From Candidatus Peribacteria bacterium (GTDB taxonomy: Bacteria; Patescibacteriota; Gracilibacteria; Peribacterales; Peribacteraceae), in contig JBEPVF010000010.1 in assembly GCA_041691135.1 (NCBI GenBank), forward strand, positions 1 to 57,454: a stretch of DNA of 57,454 bases, written 5' to 3'. The notes beneath the pieces are model-generated. The model saw nothing but the letters and a program-made list of their open reading frames with translations. It made no database searches and had not been told where the DNA came from. The position numbers and the translations under genes are program-made. How positions within the stretch are numbered: position 1 is the stretch's first letter; every line of letters starts with the position of its first letter. This document shows positions 29,487 to 39,499 of the stretch, piece by piece.

Positions 29487-30518
29487 ATGACAACGAAGAG
29501 TTTCGCCAGCGATAACAATGCAGGTATCCATCCGGATATACTGAATGCCATTGTGAATGCCAATGTTGGTCATGTGAGTGCCTATGGAAGTGATATGTAC
29601 ACCGAACGGGCAGTGAAGAAGTTTCAGGATCTTTTTGGTTCATCCGTTGATGTATTTTTCGTCTTCGGTGGCACAGCTGCAAATGTCTTGGGACTACAAT
29701 CTGCAACTCAATCATTCAATGCAGTTATTTGCGCAGAAACGTCTCACATTTGTGTGGATGAATGTGGTGCACCTGAGGCCTTTACCGGATGTAAACTGCT
29801 TTCCGTATCGACTGCCAACGGAAAGCTTACGGTTGAGAGCATTGCGAAACATATGCATGGGTTTGGTGATCCACACCATGTTCAGCCGAAAGTGATTTCC
29901 ATTACCCAATCCACCGAAATGGGAACGGTCTACACGCCGGACGAGATAAAAAGAATCGCCGATTATGCCCACGAGCATGGTTTGTTCTTGCATATGGATG
30001 GTGCGCGCATTGCTAATGCAGTGGCAAGTTTGAATGTAGATATCAGGAAAATTACCAAAGAAGTAGGTGTGGATATCCTCTCCTTCGGCGGTACGAAAAA
30101 CGGCATGATGGGCGGGGAAGCGGTCGTAATTTTTGAAAAGAAACTGTCGGCCAACTTTCCGTTCATCCGAAAACAAGGTATGCAATTGTCTTCGAAAATG
30201 AGATTCATCTCGGCTCAGTTTGAAACTTTATTGACGGATGACTTGTGGTTGCAAAACGCAAAGCATGCCAATGAGATGGCAAAAGTTCTTGCCGAGCGCC
30301 TCAAGAAAATTTCGCAGGTGACACTTACACAAAGCGTTGAGGCTAATGCGGTATTTGCCATCATCCCACAGCAGTACATTGCGCGCTTGCAGGAGAAGTA
30401 CTTTTTCTATGTCTGGAATAAAGCTAAATCAGAGGTGAGACTAATGGCGTCTTTTGATACGCAGCCGGAAGATATAGAAAATTTTGTGCGATGCTTACAA
30501 GAGATCACCGCTGTCTAA
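29487..30518 (+). CDS. ltaE: Low-specificity L-threonine aldolase
   Basis: FASDN, GTAAN, DECGA, HMDGAR, PLP-lysine motif SFGGTKNG. Confidence 0.93.
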   Translation: MTTKSFASDNNAGIHPDILNAIVNANVGHVSAYGSDMYTERAVKKFQDLFGSSVDVFFVFGGTAANVLGLQSATQSFNAVICAETSHICVDECGAPEAFTGCKLLSVSTANGKLTVESIAKHMHGFGDPHHVQPKVISITQSTEMGTVYTPDEIKRIADYAHEHGLFLHMDGARIANAVASLNVDIRKITKEVGVDILSFGGTKNGMMGGEAVVIFEKKLSANFPFIRKQGMQLSSKMRFISAQFETLLTDDLWLQNAKHANEMAKVLAERLKKISQVTLTQSVEANAVFAIIPQQYIARLQEKYFFYVWNKAKSEVRLMASFDTQPEDIENFVRCLQEITAV

Positions 30519-30536
30519 CTCTGTATATACAATCAA

Positions 30537-31100
30537 TTAACCTTCTACAGCGCCCTCAAGTATCTGAACAGTTGGGAGATCCCTACTCATCAGCAGTGAG
30601 TGATTGGCCAGGGTTTTCATGAAAGCTTTCAATTCTTTGTTATTGCAAATATGCACAACATGCTTCTGGTCTTTCATAATTTCCATTGCTTCAAGAATCC
30701 AAGGATTCTGTTTTTTAGGGAAGTTCCAAATGACTCTTAGTATGAAGTGCAGATTTTTGTAGTCAGGACAATTCTCCGGCATTTCCGGCCGTGTTCCAAA
30801 GTGGCATTGAATATTTCTTTTTAGGGTTCTCCAGCCACTGGTGCTTCTGGGAAAATCGAGGAAGATAATTGTATCTGCACTCTCCATCAATTCTTTTGAA
30901 ACACCATCAATGATCCATTCGTTATTGGCAATAAGTTGATTTGTTTTTGCCTCTCGTTGTTCGGGAGTTGGACGCTCCCAATTAGGTTGCCACGCAACTT
31001 GATCAAAATGATATGCAGGAAGATTCAGTATCTTACTTAACTTCCTACAGAGGGTGGTTTTACCGGAACCGATATTGCCGGTAACAAGAATCTTTTTCAC
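30537..31100 (-). CDS. FlaR / topology-modulation family P-loop kinase
   Basis: GNIGSGKTT, 'WIIDG', 'ADTIIFLDFP', 'RPEMPENCP'; GTG start. Confidence 0.85.
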   Translation of the reverse strand: MKKILVTGNIGSGKTTLCRKLSKILNLPAYHFDQVAWQPNWERPTPEQREAKTNQLIANNEWIIDGVSKELMESADTIIFLDFPRSTSGWRTLKRNIQCHFGTRPEMPENCPDYKNLHFILRVIWNFPKKQNPWILEAMEIMKDQKHVVHICNNKELKAFMKTLANHSLLMSRDLPTVQILEGAVEG

Positions 31101-31177
31101 GGGCAGAAGTGTAACTGACTATCATTTGTCAGAGAAAGTGCCGATCTTGCTGGGCAAAGTGCATTATTGAGTTAGTA

Positions 31178-32281
31178 CTATCTCACAAACCGCTCTTTCG
31201 CTTTCTCTACAATCTCTTCCAGCCTCTCCCGAAACCTCGCACCCGAAAACTGCATCGCGTGTTTGCGAATATTCTTCGGATCAAAATGTAAATTTTCAAA
31301 TTTGTGAATCGCATCAGCGAGCGCATCGACTGTTTGCTGCTGGAAAAATATTCCAGTCTCACCGTCGCGCACGCTGTCGAGTGCTCCGCCCACTCCGTAA
31401 GCAATGACCGGTGTCCCACACGCTTGTGCTTCTAGTGGCACGATGCCAGCATCTTCGAATTGTGGGAACAACAATGCTTTCGCTTGCGCATAAAGCGCCG
31501 GCAAATCTCCATCCGGAACAAAACCGAGGAACTTGACGGTTGGTCCGGCCATACGCTTGAGCCGCTCTTCTTCTTGTCCTGTTCCCGCGATCATCAGCGG
31601 CAACTGCAAACGGTTCGCGGTTTCGATTAACAAATCAAAACGTTTGTATGGCACCAATCGGCCCAGTGCCAGATAGGATGTGCGATCAGATGCATCGGTG
31701 AGTGCTGTCTCGAAAAAGTGATCCGCGACAGGTGGCGGCAACACTTCTGCATCGCGTGCGTAGACGGACTGAATGCGCTTTTGCGTTTCGGTCGAATTGG
31801 CGATGAACACATCCACGCGCTTGGCTGTCGACAGATCCCAGCGGCGCAAGTCGCGTAGGCGGTGCTTGATCATGGGTCGCAAGAAGCGGGGAATGCGAAA
31901 ATCTTCCAGATACTGATCCTCCATCTGCCATGCATAGCGCATTGGCGTGTGGCAGTAGCAGATGTGCACGCTGTTGCTTGGTGGAATAATTCCTTTCCCA
32001 ACGGCGTGCGAGGAACTCAAGATCACATCGAAGTCGCGCAGGTCGATGTCTTCCATGGCGCGCGGCATCTGTGCCAGAAGCAGCTGATGGTTGCCCAACA
32101 ATTTATAGCGTTGCTGCAATGGCGTCGGGCGAATATTTACCGTTCCCAGTGCCTGCACTTTTTCCAATCGTGTCATGCTGGTGAATAGCGGCGCATCGGG
32201 CCACAAGCGTACGAACTCCGCAATCGCATGTTCGGCACCTCCAAAGGTGGTGAGCCAGTCGGCAACAATGGCAAGCTTCAT
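31178..32281 (-). CDS. Glycosyltransferase family 4
   Basis: DWLTTFGGAE, YCHTPMRYAW, RLVPYKR, EDAGIVPLEAQACGTPVI. Confidence 0.93.
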   Translation of the reverse strand: MKLAIVADWLTTFGGAEHAIAEFVRLWPDAPLFTSMTRLEKVQALGTVNIRPTPLQQRYKLLGNHQLLLAQMPRAMEDIDLRDFDVILSSSHAVGKGIIPPSNSVHICYCHTPMRYAWQMEDQYLEDFRIPRFLRPMIKHRLRDLRRWDLSTAKRVDVFIANSTETQKRIQSVYARDAEVLPPPVADHFFETALTDASDRTSYLALGRLVPYKRFDLLIETANRLQLPLMIAGTGQEEERLKRMAGPTVKFLGFVPDGDLPALYAQAKALLFPQFEDAGIVPLEAQACGTPVIAYGVGGALDSVRDGETGIFFQQQTVDALADAIHKFENLHFDPKNIRKHAMQFSGARFRERLEEIVEKAKERFVR

Positions 32282-32304
32282 ACGATTAGAGTGCCACCGG
32301 AACA

Positions 32305-32430
32305 CGAAATACCAAAACCCAAAAACCAAATCCCAATAAAAACCCGAATACACAAAGTCAAAAACAAACTATGGAGATAGTGAGATTTTGGAACTTCCTT
32401 GGGATTTGGCATTTTGTATCTGGTTTTTGC
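32305..32430. repeat. 7-bp-periodic imperfect inverted-repeat element, copy B
   Basis: aaataccaaaacccaaaaaccaaatcccaa ... ttgggatttggcattttgtatctggttttt. Confidence 0.7.
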
Positions 32431-32480
32431 CGTCCGCTCATTGTTCTAACACCAAGAACCAACTTCGCATCTAGTATAGT

Positions 32481-33464
32481 ATGTCCCGGATGTTAAAGCG
32501 TCCCAAGCGGCCTCTTCCGAAACAATTCAACCGCAAAACTTCGCCAGCGATGCGTACGTTTGTAAACCGGCGTCACGTGCGTCACAAACGCGTCGCCAGT
32601 GAGCGGTGGCAGCGGAGTATGCGACGCGTGCAGCACAAGGTTCTCGATTGGGTGAATTGGTTTCGTCGCTGGTGGCGATTGATGGCGGGCGGTATTGCCT
32701 GCATCATGATCGGCGTCATTCTTTTTTCTCCGGCGGTGGAAGTGCGCGCCATCCGGATCGAACGGCAGGATGCTCGATTGGATGTCGACGCGGCCCGCAT
32801 GGCACTGGCACCTCTGTTCGGCAAACGTCTGTTATTTTTGCCGGTCCACGATGTCGACACATTGATTCGTCATTCGGTGCCCGATACCGATACGGTGACC
32901 ATTCGTAAGCACTTTCCATCGCTCCTCATTGTTCACATTACGGAGCGGCCTATTGTCGCTCGTCTTACATTCACACAACCGCCGTCAGCCGCGCCGATCG
33001 CAGCGAGCGGATCCGGTACGCAGAAGACAGGTTCAGGCGTCGCGCCTCCGCGCGCAGTTGCAGCGCCGCCCGCAGGTATTGTGGATGCACTCACCGATAA
33101 CGGACTGTACATGACCGTTCCAGCCGGAGGATCGGGGACTCAGTTGCCTACGGTGATGGTCACGGATTTTACGGCTCATCCCACGCCCGGGACCCGCCTG
33201 ACGTCCGAAGACTTGCTTCTGCGCATGCAGCAGGCCGAGAAAACCCTCACCGCTCAATTTGGCTACCATATTACGAATCGAACGCTGTATCTGCGTGCCC
33301 GGGAATTTCACCTCGCCACCAGTCGCATGAGTCTGTGGTTCGATATGACAAGCCCCCTCGATGAACAATTCCAGCGTTACCGCACATTCCTTCAGGCAGT
33401 AGGTGTGAATGGGGTAGTGTCGTATGTCGATCTGAGATTGGCGGGGCAGGTAGTTTATAAATGA
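32481..33464 (+). CDS. FtsQ/DivIB-like cell division protein
   Basis: Basic cytoplasmic N-terminus, single TM helix, POTRA-like 'VTIRKHFPSLLIVHITER', C-terminal 'YVDLR'. Confidence 0.75.
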   Translation: MSRMLKRPKRPLPKQFNRKTSPAMRTFVNRRHVRHKRVASERWQRSMRRVQHKVLDWVNWFRRWWRLMAGGIACIMIGVILFSPAVEVRAIRIERQDARLDVDAARMALAPLFGKRLLFLPVHDVDTLIRHSVPDTDTVTIRKHFPSLLIVHITERPIVARLTFTQPPSAAPIAASGSGTQKTGSGVAPPRAVAAPPAGIVDALTDNGLYMTVPAGGSGTQLPTVMVTDFTAHPTPGTRLTSEDLLLRMQQAEKTLTAQFGYHITNRTLYLRAREFHLATSRMSLWFDMTSPLDEQFQRYRTFLQAVGVNGVVSYVDLRLAGQVVYK

Positions 33465-33636
33465 CGGAACCGCAAAAAATTTAAGAGGATTATTCCTCAC
33501 GCTCCTTCTCGTCTGTCACCTCGGTCATATCGGTCACTTTTCTCATGTAAATTCCTTGACGCCTCTGTCTATTTAATCCCTCAAAAACCTCTCCGTCTCT
33601 TTCCGCAGACGGCTCAAACGAGTACAGTACTTTCCG

Positions 33637-34509
33637 ATGGTTCACTTCGTCCTGTCGGTGTTACTGATGGGCATGCTTCCGGTGGCGGATTCTTCTGACA
33701 TGCAGCTTGCCACTCTGCGAAGTCTGCCGATTGCCGCTCCATCGCTGGTGATGGAGAGTTCCGGCTTGGAACGCTCTCTCGATGCCAATTTATCGGCATC
33801 GGGTGTTCTGATCAGCGATCTTGACAGCGGCCAGGAGATCTACGGGCGCAATGTCAGTACCGAGCGCGCCATCGCGAGTCTCGCCAAGCTGATGACGGCG
33901 AGCATTATCGTGCCGAATCATTCGCTCGACGAAGTGGTCGAAGTACCGCAGGACATTGGAATGGTCGAAGGGCAGGTGGCGCATTTGAAACCGGGAGAGC
34001 ACTACACGGTTGGCACTCTTCTGTCGGCCATGCTTGTCTATTCCGCTAACGATGCTGCAGTCACGCTGGCCATGTATCACAGTGGAACGGTGGGGGCGTT
34101 TGTTGCGGCCATGAATGCACGGGCCAAAGAACTCGGTTTGCACGATACATCATTCGCCAATCCGATCGGGCTGGATGATCCGGCGGAGTATTCGACGCCC
34201 CAGGATCTGAAGTGGCTCGCCACATTCGCGTTACGACTGCAACCGATCGCCGATCGCATGGCCATGCCGACTGTGACCATACGAAGTCTGGAAGGGAATA
34301 CCGAGACGCTGCGCCACACGCACGAGATGCTTCATCAGCCTTCTTCCATCATCATGGGCAAAACCGGTACGACCGATGAAGCTGAAGAATGCCTGTTTTC
34401 GGTGGTGTCACTTGCCGGACGAAAATACATGGTCGTTCTGCTCGGCTCCAGCGAGCGGTACAGGGACATGCGCATTGTATTGCGCGCACTTACGAAACTT
34501 ACCGTCTGA
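33637..34509 (+). CDS. dacA: D-alanyl-D-alanine carboxypeptidase (peptidase S11)
   Basis: SxxK (SLAK), SxN (SAN), KTG, NPIGLD. Confidence 0.9.
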   Translation: MVHFVLSVLLMGMLPVADSSDMQLATLRSLPIAAPSLVMESSGLERSLDANLSASGVLISDLDSGQEIYGRNVSTERAIASLAKLMTASIIVPNHSLDEVVEVPQDIGMVEGQVAHLKPGEHYTVGTLLSAMLVYSANDAAVTLAMYHSGTVGAFVAAMNARAKELGLHDTSFANPIGLDDPAEYSTPQDLKWLATFALRLQPIADRMAMPTVTIRSLEGNTETLRHTHEMLHQPSSIIMGKTGTTDEAEECLFSVVSLAGRKYMVVLLGSSERYRDMRIVLRALTKLTV

Positions 34510-34520
34510 TCCTCTGATGT

Positions 34521-35594
34521 ATGCGGACTTCCCTGCTTCGTCGGCTCTCCGTCCGTGTGCGCATACTCCTCGGTGCGGCCTTCGTCGTCGGATCGTTGCT
34601 GCCGCCGTATGTGCCGTCGGCATCTCTGTCGGGTGCGGATGACGAATCGGGTGGCACACCTACCCCGCAGTTCGTCTTCGTCGAGGAGGGATTTCTGATG
34701 AAATCATCGTCATTGGGGCAACAGGGAACGCGCTTGGCCTATGGCAAAGGCATCGTCCATACGGTGCAATCCGGCGAAACCGTAGCGGCTATCGCCAAGC
34801 GATACGGCATCGAACCGAAAACGATTCAGTGGGCCAATAATCTGCAACCGGGTGCCGCTGTCAAAGCTGGGCAGGAGCTCACGATCCTTCCCGTCGATGG
34901 CGTGGTACACGTAGTGCGACGCGGACAAACACTCGGCCATATCGCACAATTGTACGATGTATCAGCCGATGACATCAGTCGTCAGAACGCCGTGCACGGT
35001 GGCTTTATCATCGCCGGTCAGGAACTCATAATTCCGGGAGGACATCCGATTGTGAATCCCGACCTCGTTGCAACAAATCCGTCGGCAGTAGGCGGACTGC
35101 AATTCAACGATGGCTTACCGTCACGTAATCTTCAGTTGCCTGGTGCGGCGAAAAACGGAACCAAAACATCGGACAGCGATGTGTACAAAAAAGTCGCGCT
35201 CGAGACCGCACCGCTCTCGACCACACTCTTGCAGATGCCGTGTGCCAATTGTCAGTTCACGCAGTACTACCATGCCGGTCACTATGCGGTCGACATCCAA
35301 ACCCGAGGCGGCGGACCGGTGTATGCGGCCGAAGGTGGCACGGTAATACGCGCCGCAACAGGCTGGAACGGCGGTTACGGTAATGTGATCGAAATCGATC
35401 ACGGCAACGGTCTGGTCACTTTGTACGGACACAATAAGGAGCTCTATGTGAACGTGGGCGACAGTGTTCTACGCGGCCAAAAAATTTCCTGGATGGGAAA
35501 CACCGGCTTCGTCTACGGCGTCACTGGCATCCACGTGCACTTCGAAGTGCGGGTAAATGGCGTAAAGAAAAATCCGCTCCTCTATCTGCAATAA
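34521..35594 (+). CDS. LysM x2 + M23 peptidoglycan endopeptidase
   Basis: Two LysM repeats (HTVQSGET.., HVVRRGQTL..); HYAVD, YGH and HVHFE zinc motifs. Confidence 0.93.
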   Translation: MRTSLLRRLSVRVRILLGAAFVVGSLLPPYVPSASLSGADDESGGTPTPQFVFVEEGFLMKSSSLGQQGTRLAYGKGIVHTVQSGETVAAIAKRYGIEPKTIQWANNLQPGAAVKAGQELTILPVDGVVHVVRRGQTLGHIAQLYDVSADDISRQNAVHGGFIIAGQELIIPGGHPIVNPDLVATNPSAVGGLQFNDGLPSRNLQLPGAAKNGTKTSDSDVYKKVALETAPLSTTLLQMPCANCQFTQYYHAGHYAVDIQTRGGGPVYAAEGGTVIRAATGWNGGYGNVIEIDHGNGLVTLYGHNKELYVNVGDSVLRGQKISWMGNTGFVYGVTGIHVHFEVRVNGVKKNPLLYLQ

Positions 35595-35677
35595 AGAAGA
35601 ATCGTTGGATTCTCCTCCTCGGTTCCGTTGGCGCCGTCGGTTTCTTCGAAGTCTTTCTTGTAGTACACTTCTCCTCC

Positions 35678-36745
35678 ATGCCTCTATCAGACCGCCTCTC
35701 GGCTGCCAATGCTCTGCTCGCCTCCTATGCGGTTCCGTTGCAGGGGGCTCTTGGACGTACGATCGGCGAAGAAGATGACGAGACTCGCTTTGCGTTTCAA
35801 CGTGATCGTGATCGCATTATTCACACGCAGGCGTTCCGGCGCTTACAGGGAAAGACACAAGTGTTCATCGCCGGTGAAGGCGACCACTATCGCACGCGTC
35901 TCACGCACACCATGGAAGTGGCGCAAATCGCGCGAGACATAGCGCGAACATTGCGCCTCAACGAAGACCTGACTGAGTGTATCGCTCTCGCACATGATCT
36001 GGGTCATCCGCCGTTCGGCCACAGCGGCGAAGAAACACTCAACGTATTGATGGATCGCCATGGTTTGCATTTCGAGCACAACGAACAAAGTGTTCGGATC
36101 GTCACGTTGCTCGAAGAACATGCTCTGCAAACCAAAGGATTGAATCTCAATCGGGAAGTGCTCGAAGGACTCGCCAAGCACGCCACTCTTCCTCATGCGC
36201 CATCATTGGAGGCGCGTGTTGCGGACTGCGCCGATCAGATCGCCTATACTGCCCATGATTGCGACGATGGAATGTTGGCCGGCCTCTTTTCTCTCGAAGA
36301 TGTGCGACAAGTCCCATTGGCCCGCGAAGCGGCGGACCGCGCAAAAAAGCGACAAACGTCCCTGCGCGGAGCGCTCATACATCTACTCGTTACCGATCTG
36401 TACGCCGAAAGCGAGCGGCTCATGGTTGCACGGTCCATTCATACTATCGACGATGTATACGGTATGCGCGATTCGCTCATCGCTTTCTCGCCTGCGATGC
36501 AGGATGAATTGCAGGTGCTCAGGTCGTTCCTGTGGCAGCACATGTATCTGCATCCCACCGTTCAACTGGCCACCGAAGAAGGGCAGGCTGTCATCGAACA
36601 ATTGTGGGCGATATACGAGTCGAAGCCGACGGAAAAAATACTGCAACTTCAGGAGCGGACAGGCTCATTGCTTTTCGACGCGATCAAAGACTATATCGCA
36701 GGGATGACAGATGCATTCGCCCGTGAACAAGCGGCGAGTCATTGA
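35678..36745 (+). CDS. dgt: dGTP triphosphohydrolase-like HD protein
   Basis: FQRDRDRI, RRLQGKTQV, RTRLTH, HDLGHPPFGHSGE, DYIAGMTD. The likely ATG is at 35678. Confidence 0.93.
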   Translation: MPLSDRLSAANALLASYAVPLQGALGRTIGEEDDETRFAFQRDRDRIIHTQAFRRLQGKTQVFIAGEGDHYRTRLTHTMEVAQIARDIARTLRLNEDLTECIALAHDLGHPPFGHSGEETLNVLMDRHGLHFEHNEQSVRIVTLLEEHALQTKGLNLNREVLEGLAKHATLPHAPSLEARVADCADQIAYTAHDCDDGMLAGLFSLEDVRQVPLAREAADRAKKRQTSLRGALIHLLVTDLYAESERLMVARSIHTIDDVYGMRDSLIAFSPAMQDELQVLRSFLWQHMYLHPTVQLATEEGQAVIEQLWAIYESKPTEKILQLQERTGSLLFDAIKDYIAGMTDAFAREQAASH

Positions 36746-36771
36746 TATCTGCAGTAACGTCGGTCGATTTT

Positions 36772-37884
36772 TTACTTCACGAACGCACTCACCGGCGGCA
36801 AGTAGTCGAGTGGGTCGACGGCTTCTCCATTCTTGTACACAGCGAAGTGCACATGAGGTCCGGTACTCTGGCCGGATCCTTTGTCCCCGGGAAGTCCGCC
36901 TGATTTTCCGATTTCCTGTCCGGCTGCCACGCGCTGCCCGACCTGTGCTTCTTCGTGATGCAGGTGTCCGTAGAGTGTGATGAGTCCGTTGGGATGTGTA
37001 ATGGTGATGTAGTTAAATCCGTAACCGTTATCGACCACTTTCGTCACGATGCCTTCGGCGGCGGCGAGTACCGGCGTGTCGACTTCGATGGGCAGATCGA
37101 CGGCGCCATGGTCGCGACCGAAGCGGGCTTTGTACGCTTCATCGTGGAAGTATGCAGAGATGCCGTGGATCGGTGTGATGGGATATTGCAAGTTAATGAC
37201 ACTATCACTTGTTGCGTTGATGGCCGCCGATTGCCGCAACGCGTCAGCATCGGCATCGACTTCCTGCTGGTAGTAACGCAGCAATGTCGCTTCGGCGAGC
37301 TGCTTGTCCTGCAAGAGCGCAGTAAGCTGTCGCGTCGCCTGGTTGAAATTCGTTTGCTGCTCGGGCGTCATCGGTCCCTTCTTGCTTTCCGCCTCAAGCG
37401 ACGCCAATGATTCACGCAAAATTGCCTCGCGCGAATCGCGGATCGACTTCTCAGCCAATTGCTTCTTCATTGCCTCCTCTTTCTGCAAGCGTTCCTCCTC
37501 CGATTCCACTGTCGTGGACGAGACACTTTGTCCGTAGGCGACGTTGAATGCGCTGGGCATTCCGGTCGGCATGCCGTACTGAGCTGTTGGCATTCCGTAA
37601 TACATTGGCGGAGCCCACATCGGCATCGGATAGGGATAGCCGTAAGGCATCGGTGGAATGGCAGGCGTTGCAGCCGGTGTAACTTGCGCTTGCGACATGT
37701 TCGTAGAATTGGCTGCTTCTGCAGGTGCTGATTGTGCGCTTGTGTTTGAATCGGCGATGAGAGAAGCCCTGAGCGGAACCGATGCGATGGTCGATTGCCA
37801 TGGCTGCCAAAAGAGGAGCGCACCGCCACCAAGGAGCAGCGTCAGTAAGAGTAGCGGCCGGGGAACTTCAATTTCGATTTGCAT
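36772..37884 (-). CDS. Membrane-anchored coiled-coil M23 peptidase
   Basis: N-terminal TM helix, Pro/Met/Tyr-rich segment, coiled coil, HGAVD, YGH, STGPHVHF. Confidence 0.9.
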   Translation of the reverse strand: MQIEIEVPRPLLLLTLLLGGGALLFWQPWQSTIASVPLRASLIADSNTSAQSAPAEAANSTNMSQAQVTPAATPAIPPMPYGYPYPMPMWAPPMYYGMPTAQYGMPTGMPSAFNVAYGQSVSSTTVESEEERLQKEEAMKKQLAEKSIRDSREAILRESLASLEAESKKGPMTPEQQTNFNQATRQLTALLQDKQLAEATLLRYYQQEVDADADALRQSAAINATSDSVINLQYPITPIHGISAYFHDEAYKARFGRDHGAVDLPIEVDTPVLAAAEGIVTKVVDNGYGFNYITITHPNGLITLYGHLHHEEAQVGQRVAAGQEIGKSGGLPGDKGSGQSTGPHVHFAVYKNGEAVDPLDYLPPVSAFVK

Positions 37885-38029
37885 TTCTTAGTATTATACC
37901 AAAAAAAGCTCTGTCAGACTATGCACGAGCCTTGTTTTATGTTATACGTCAAGTGCGAAGAAATACTGTAAGGAACGGCCATTCAGTTGCGTCATCTGAT
38001 CACAAATAGCCCTCCCTCCCTTTTCTCTC

Positions 38030-38944
38030 ATGAAAAACATAGTCATTGCCTTTTCTGGCGCCCGTTTCGAAGACGAACCATTTGATGAGTGGCAGTACGC
38101 TACTGCATACGGTGAATTGGCTGCAGCTATCACCGAACGTGGCCACGCCTTCTTTGTCGTGCGTCATACGGTTGCGTACCTGGGCGGGTCGAGTTTTGAG
38201 GGCGGATGGAAATGGCAGGATGGAAAATTTTGCGAGTGGAACCAACGCATAACGGCTGACCGCATCTTTAATAAAAGTTTGGACTTCGTACCGGACGGGT
38301 CGATCGATATGGTGAATCCGCTTGCGATGAATGCGATGTGTCGGAACAAATTGATGCTCGTGCGACGGTTGCCTTCTCTGTGTCCGGTCACACGGCTTGT
38401 GTCGCATGTCGACGAGCTCGATGCGGCCTTTGTCTCCGTTCAATCGGATCTGATCGTCGTGAAGCCGCTTAGCGGCAGCGGAGGTGATGGTGTATTCATC
38501 GGTACGCGTGAACAAGCCAGAACTTCGCTGCCGCCCTATCCTTTTCTGGTGCAGGAGTGGATCGATACATCGCAGGGAATTCCCGGTCTCGTCGACACGC
38601 ATCATGATTTCCGTCTGCTGATTAAAAACGGCAATGTGATTCTCACATTCATCCGCAGTCCGCGAACGGGGAGTCTTATTTCCAATGTTGCCCGTGGTGG
38701 ATTCATCATTCCCATTCCGGCCAATGAACGTCCTGCGGAAGCACTCGTACTTGTAGCGCCGGTCGATGAGTTGTTGTCACAACATCCTCACCGCTTCTAC
38801 ACGATTGATTGCGCCCGGGATCGCAGCGGAACGTGGAAGATAATCGAGCTCAATGATCAACCGGGGCTGATGCCACGCATGCAAATCGGCGACGAAGCCG
38901 ACATTTACCTGAATGCGCTATGCGATTTATTGCTGGAAGATTAA
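38030..38944 (+). CDS. RimK-like ATP-grasp ligase
   Basis: 'NK', 'VVKPLSGSGGDGV', 'LVQEWI', 'DFR', 'SNVARGG', 'IELN'. Confidence 0.85.
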   Translation: MKNIVIAFSGARFEDEPFDEWQYATAYGELAAAITERGHAFFVVRHTVAYLGGSSFEGGWKWQDGKFCEWNQRITADRIFNKSLDFVPDGSIDMVNPLAMNAMCRNKLMLVRRLPSLCPVTRLVSHVDELDAAFVSVQSDLIVVKPLSGSGGDGVFIGTREQARTSLPPYPFLVQEWIDTSQGIPGLVDTHHDFRLLIKNGNVILTFIRSPRTGSLISNVARGGFIIPIPANERPAEALVLVAPVDELLSQHPHRFYTIDCARDRSGTWKIIELNDQPGLMPRMQIGDEADIYLNALCDLLLED

Positions 38945-38974
38945 TCGGAAATAATTTTTGTTTTTCATGGACTG

Positions 38975-39439
38975 CTAATGCAGGACGGCCTTCACGATAT
39001 CGTCGATCACCGCTTTGAGTGACAGTTGGAACTTGGGAAAGAACGCTTTGGCGCCCAGAGATTTGACGCGTGTGGCCGCATCGGGATTGGCCATGGAACT
39101 CAGAACAAAGACAGGTGTCGATTTGTTCTGCGTCGTACCAAGCGCCTTCAGGACATCAAACCCGTCGACGACTGGCATCATCAGATCCAATACGACGCCG
39201 TCGAACGTTTTGCGCTTAAGTACCTCGAGTCCCTGCGATCCATCGTAGCATTCCTCCACATCGAATCCGGCCTGTTGAAACTTCATTCGAAGCACGCGCA
39301 GCAGAATTTTGTCGTTATCAACCAGAAGAATCCGTTTGCCGTTCGAAGGCTTGTTCTTAGGGGCGACGATGTTCTTCGAACTGGCTGAACCCATCGTGCC
39401 CTTGGCGTTTTTTGCCGCTGATGCTTTGGATTTCGGCAT
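38975..39439 (-). CDS. Single-domain response regulator with Lys-rich N-terminal tail
   Basis: ILLVDND, LDLMMP..DG, LSS, FFPK; no output domain. Confidence 0.9.
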   Translation of the reverse strand: MPKSKASAAKNAKGTMGSASSKNIVAPKNKPSNGKRILLVDNDKILLRVLRMKFQQAGFDVEECYDGSQGLEVLKRKTFDGVVLDLMMPVVDGFDVLKALGTTQNKSTPVFVLSSMANPDAATRVKSLGAKAFFPKFQLSLKAVIDDIVKAVLH

Positions 39440-39499
39440 GGGGTTAGTAAGGGTAGCGGGTTGTGACTGCGGCAATTCCAGACAGATAAAAAAAGAGGG

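Noticed and set aside
35678-36745. Anti-phage dGTPase or defence island
   Set aside because: It is the short housekeeping-type Dgt among cell-wall genes, with no defence neighbours.
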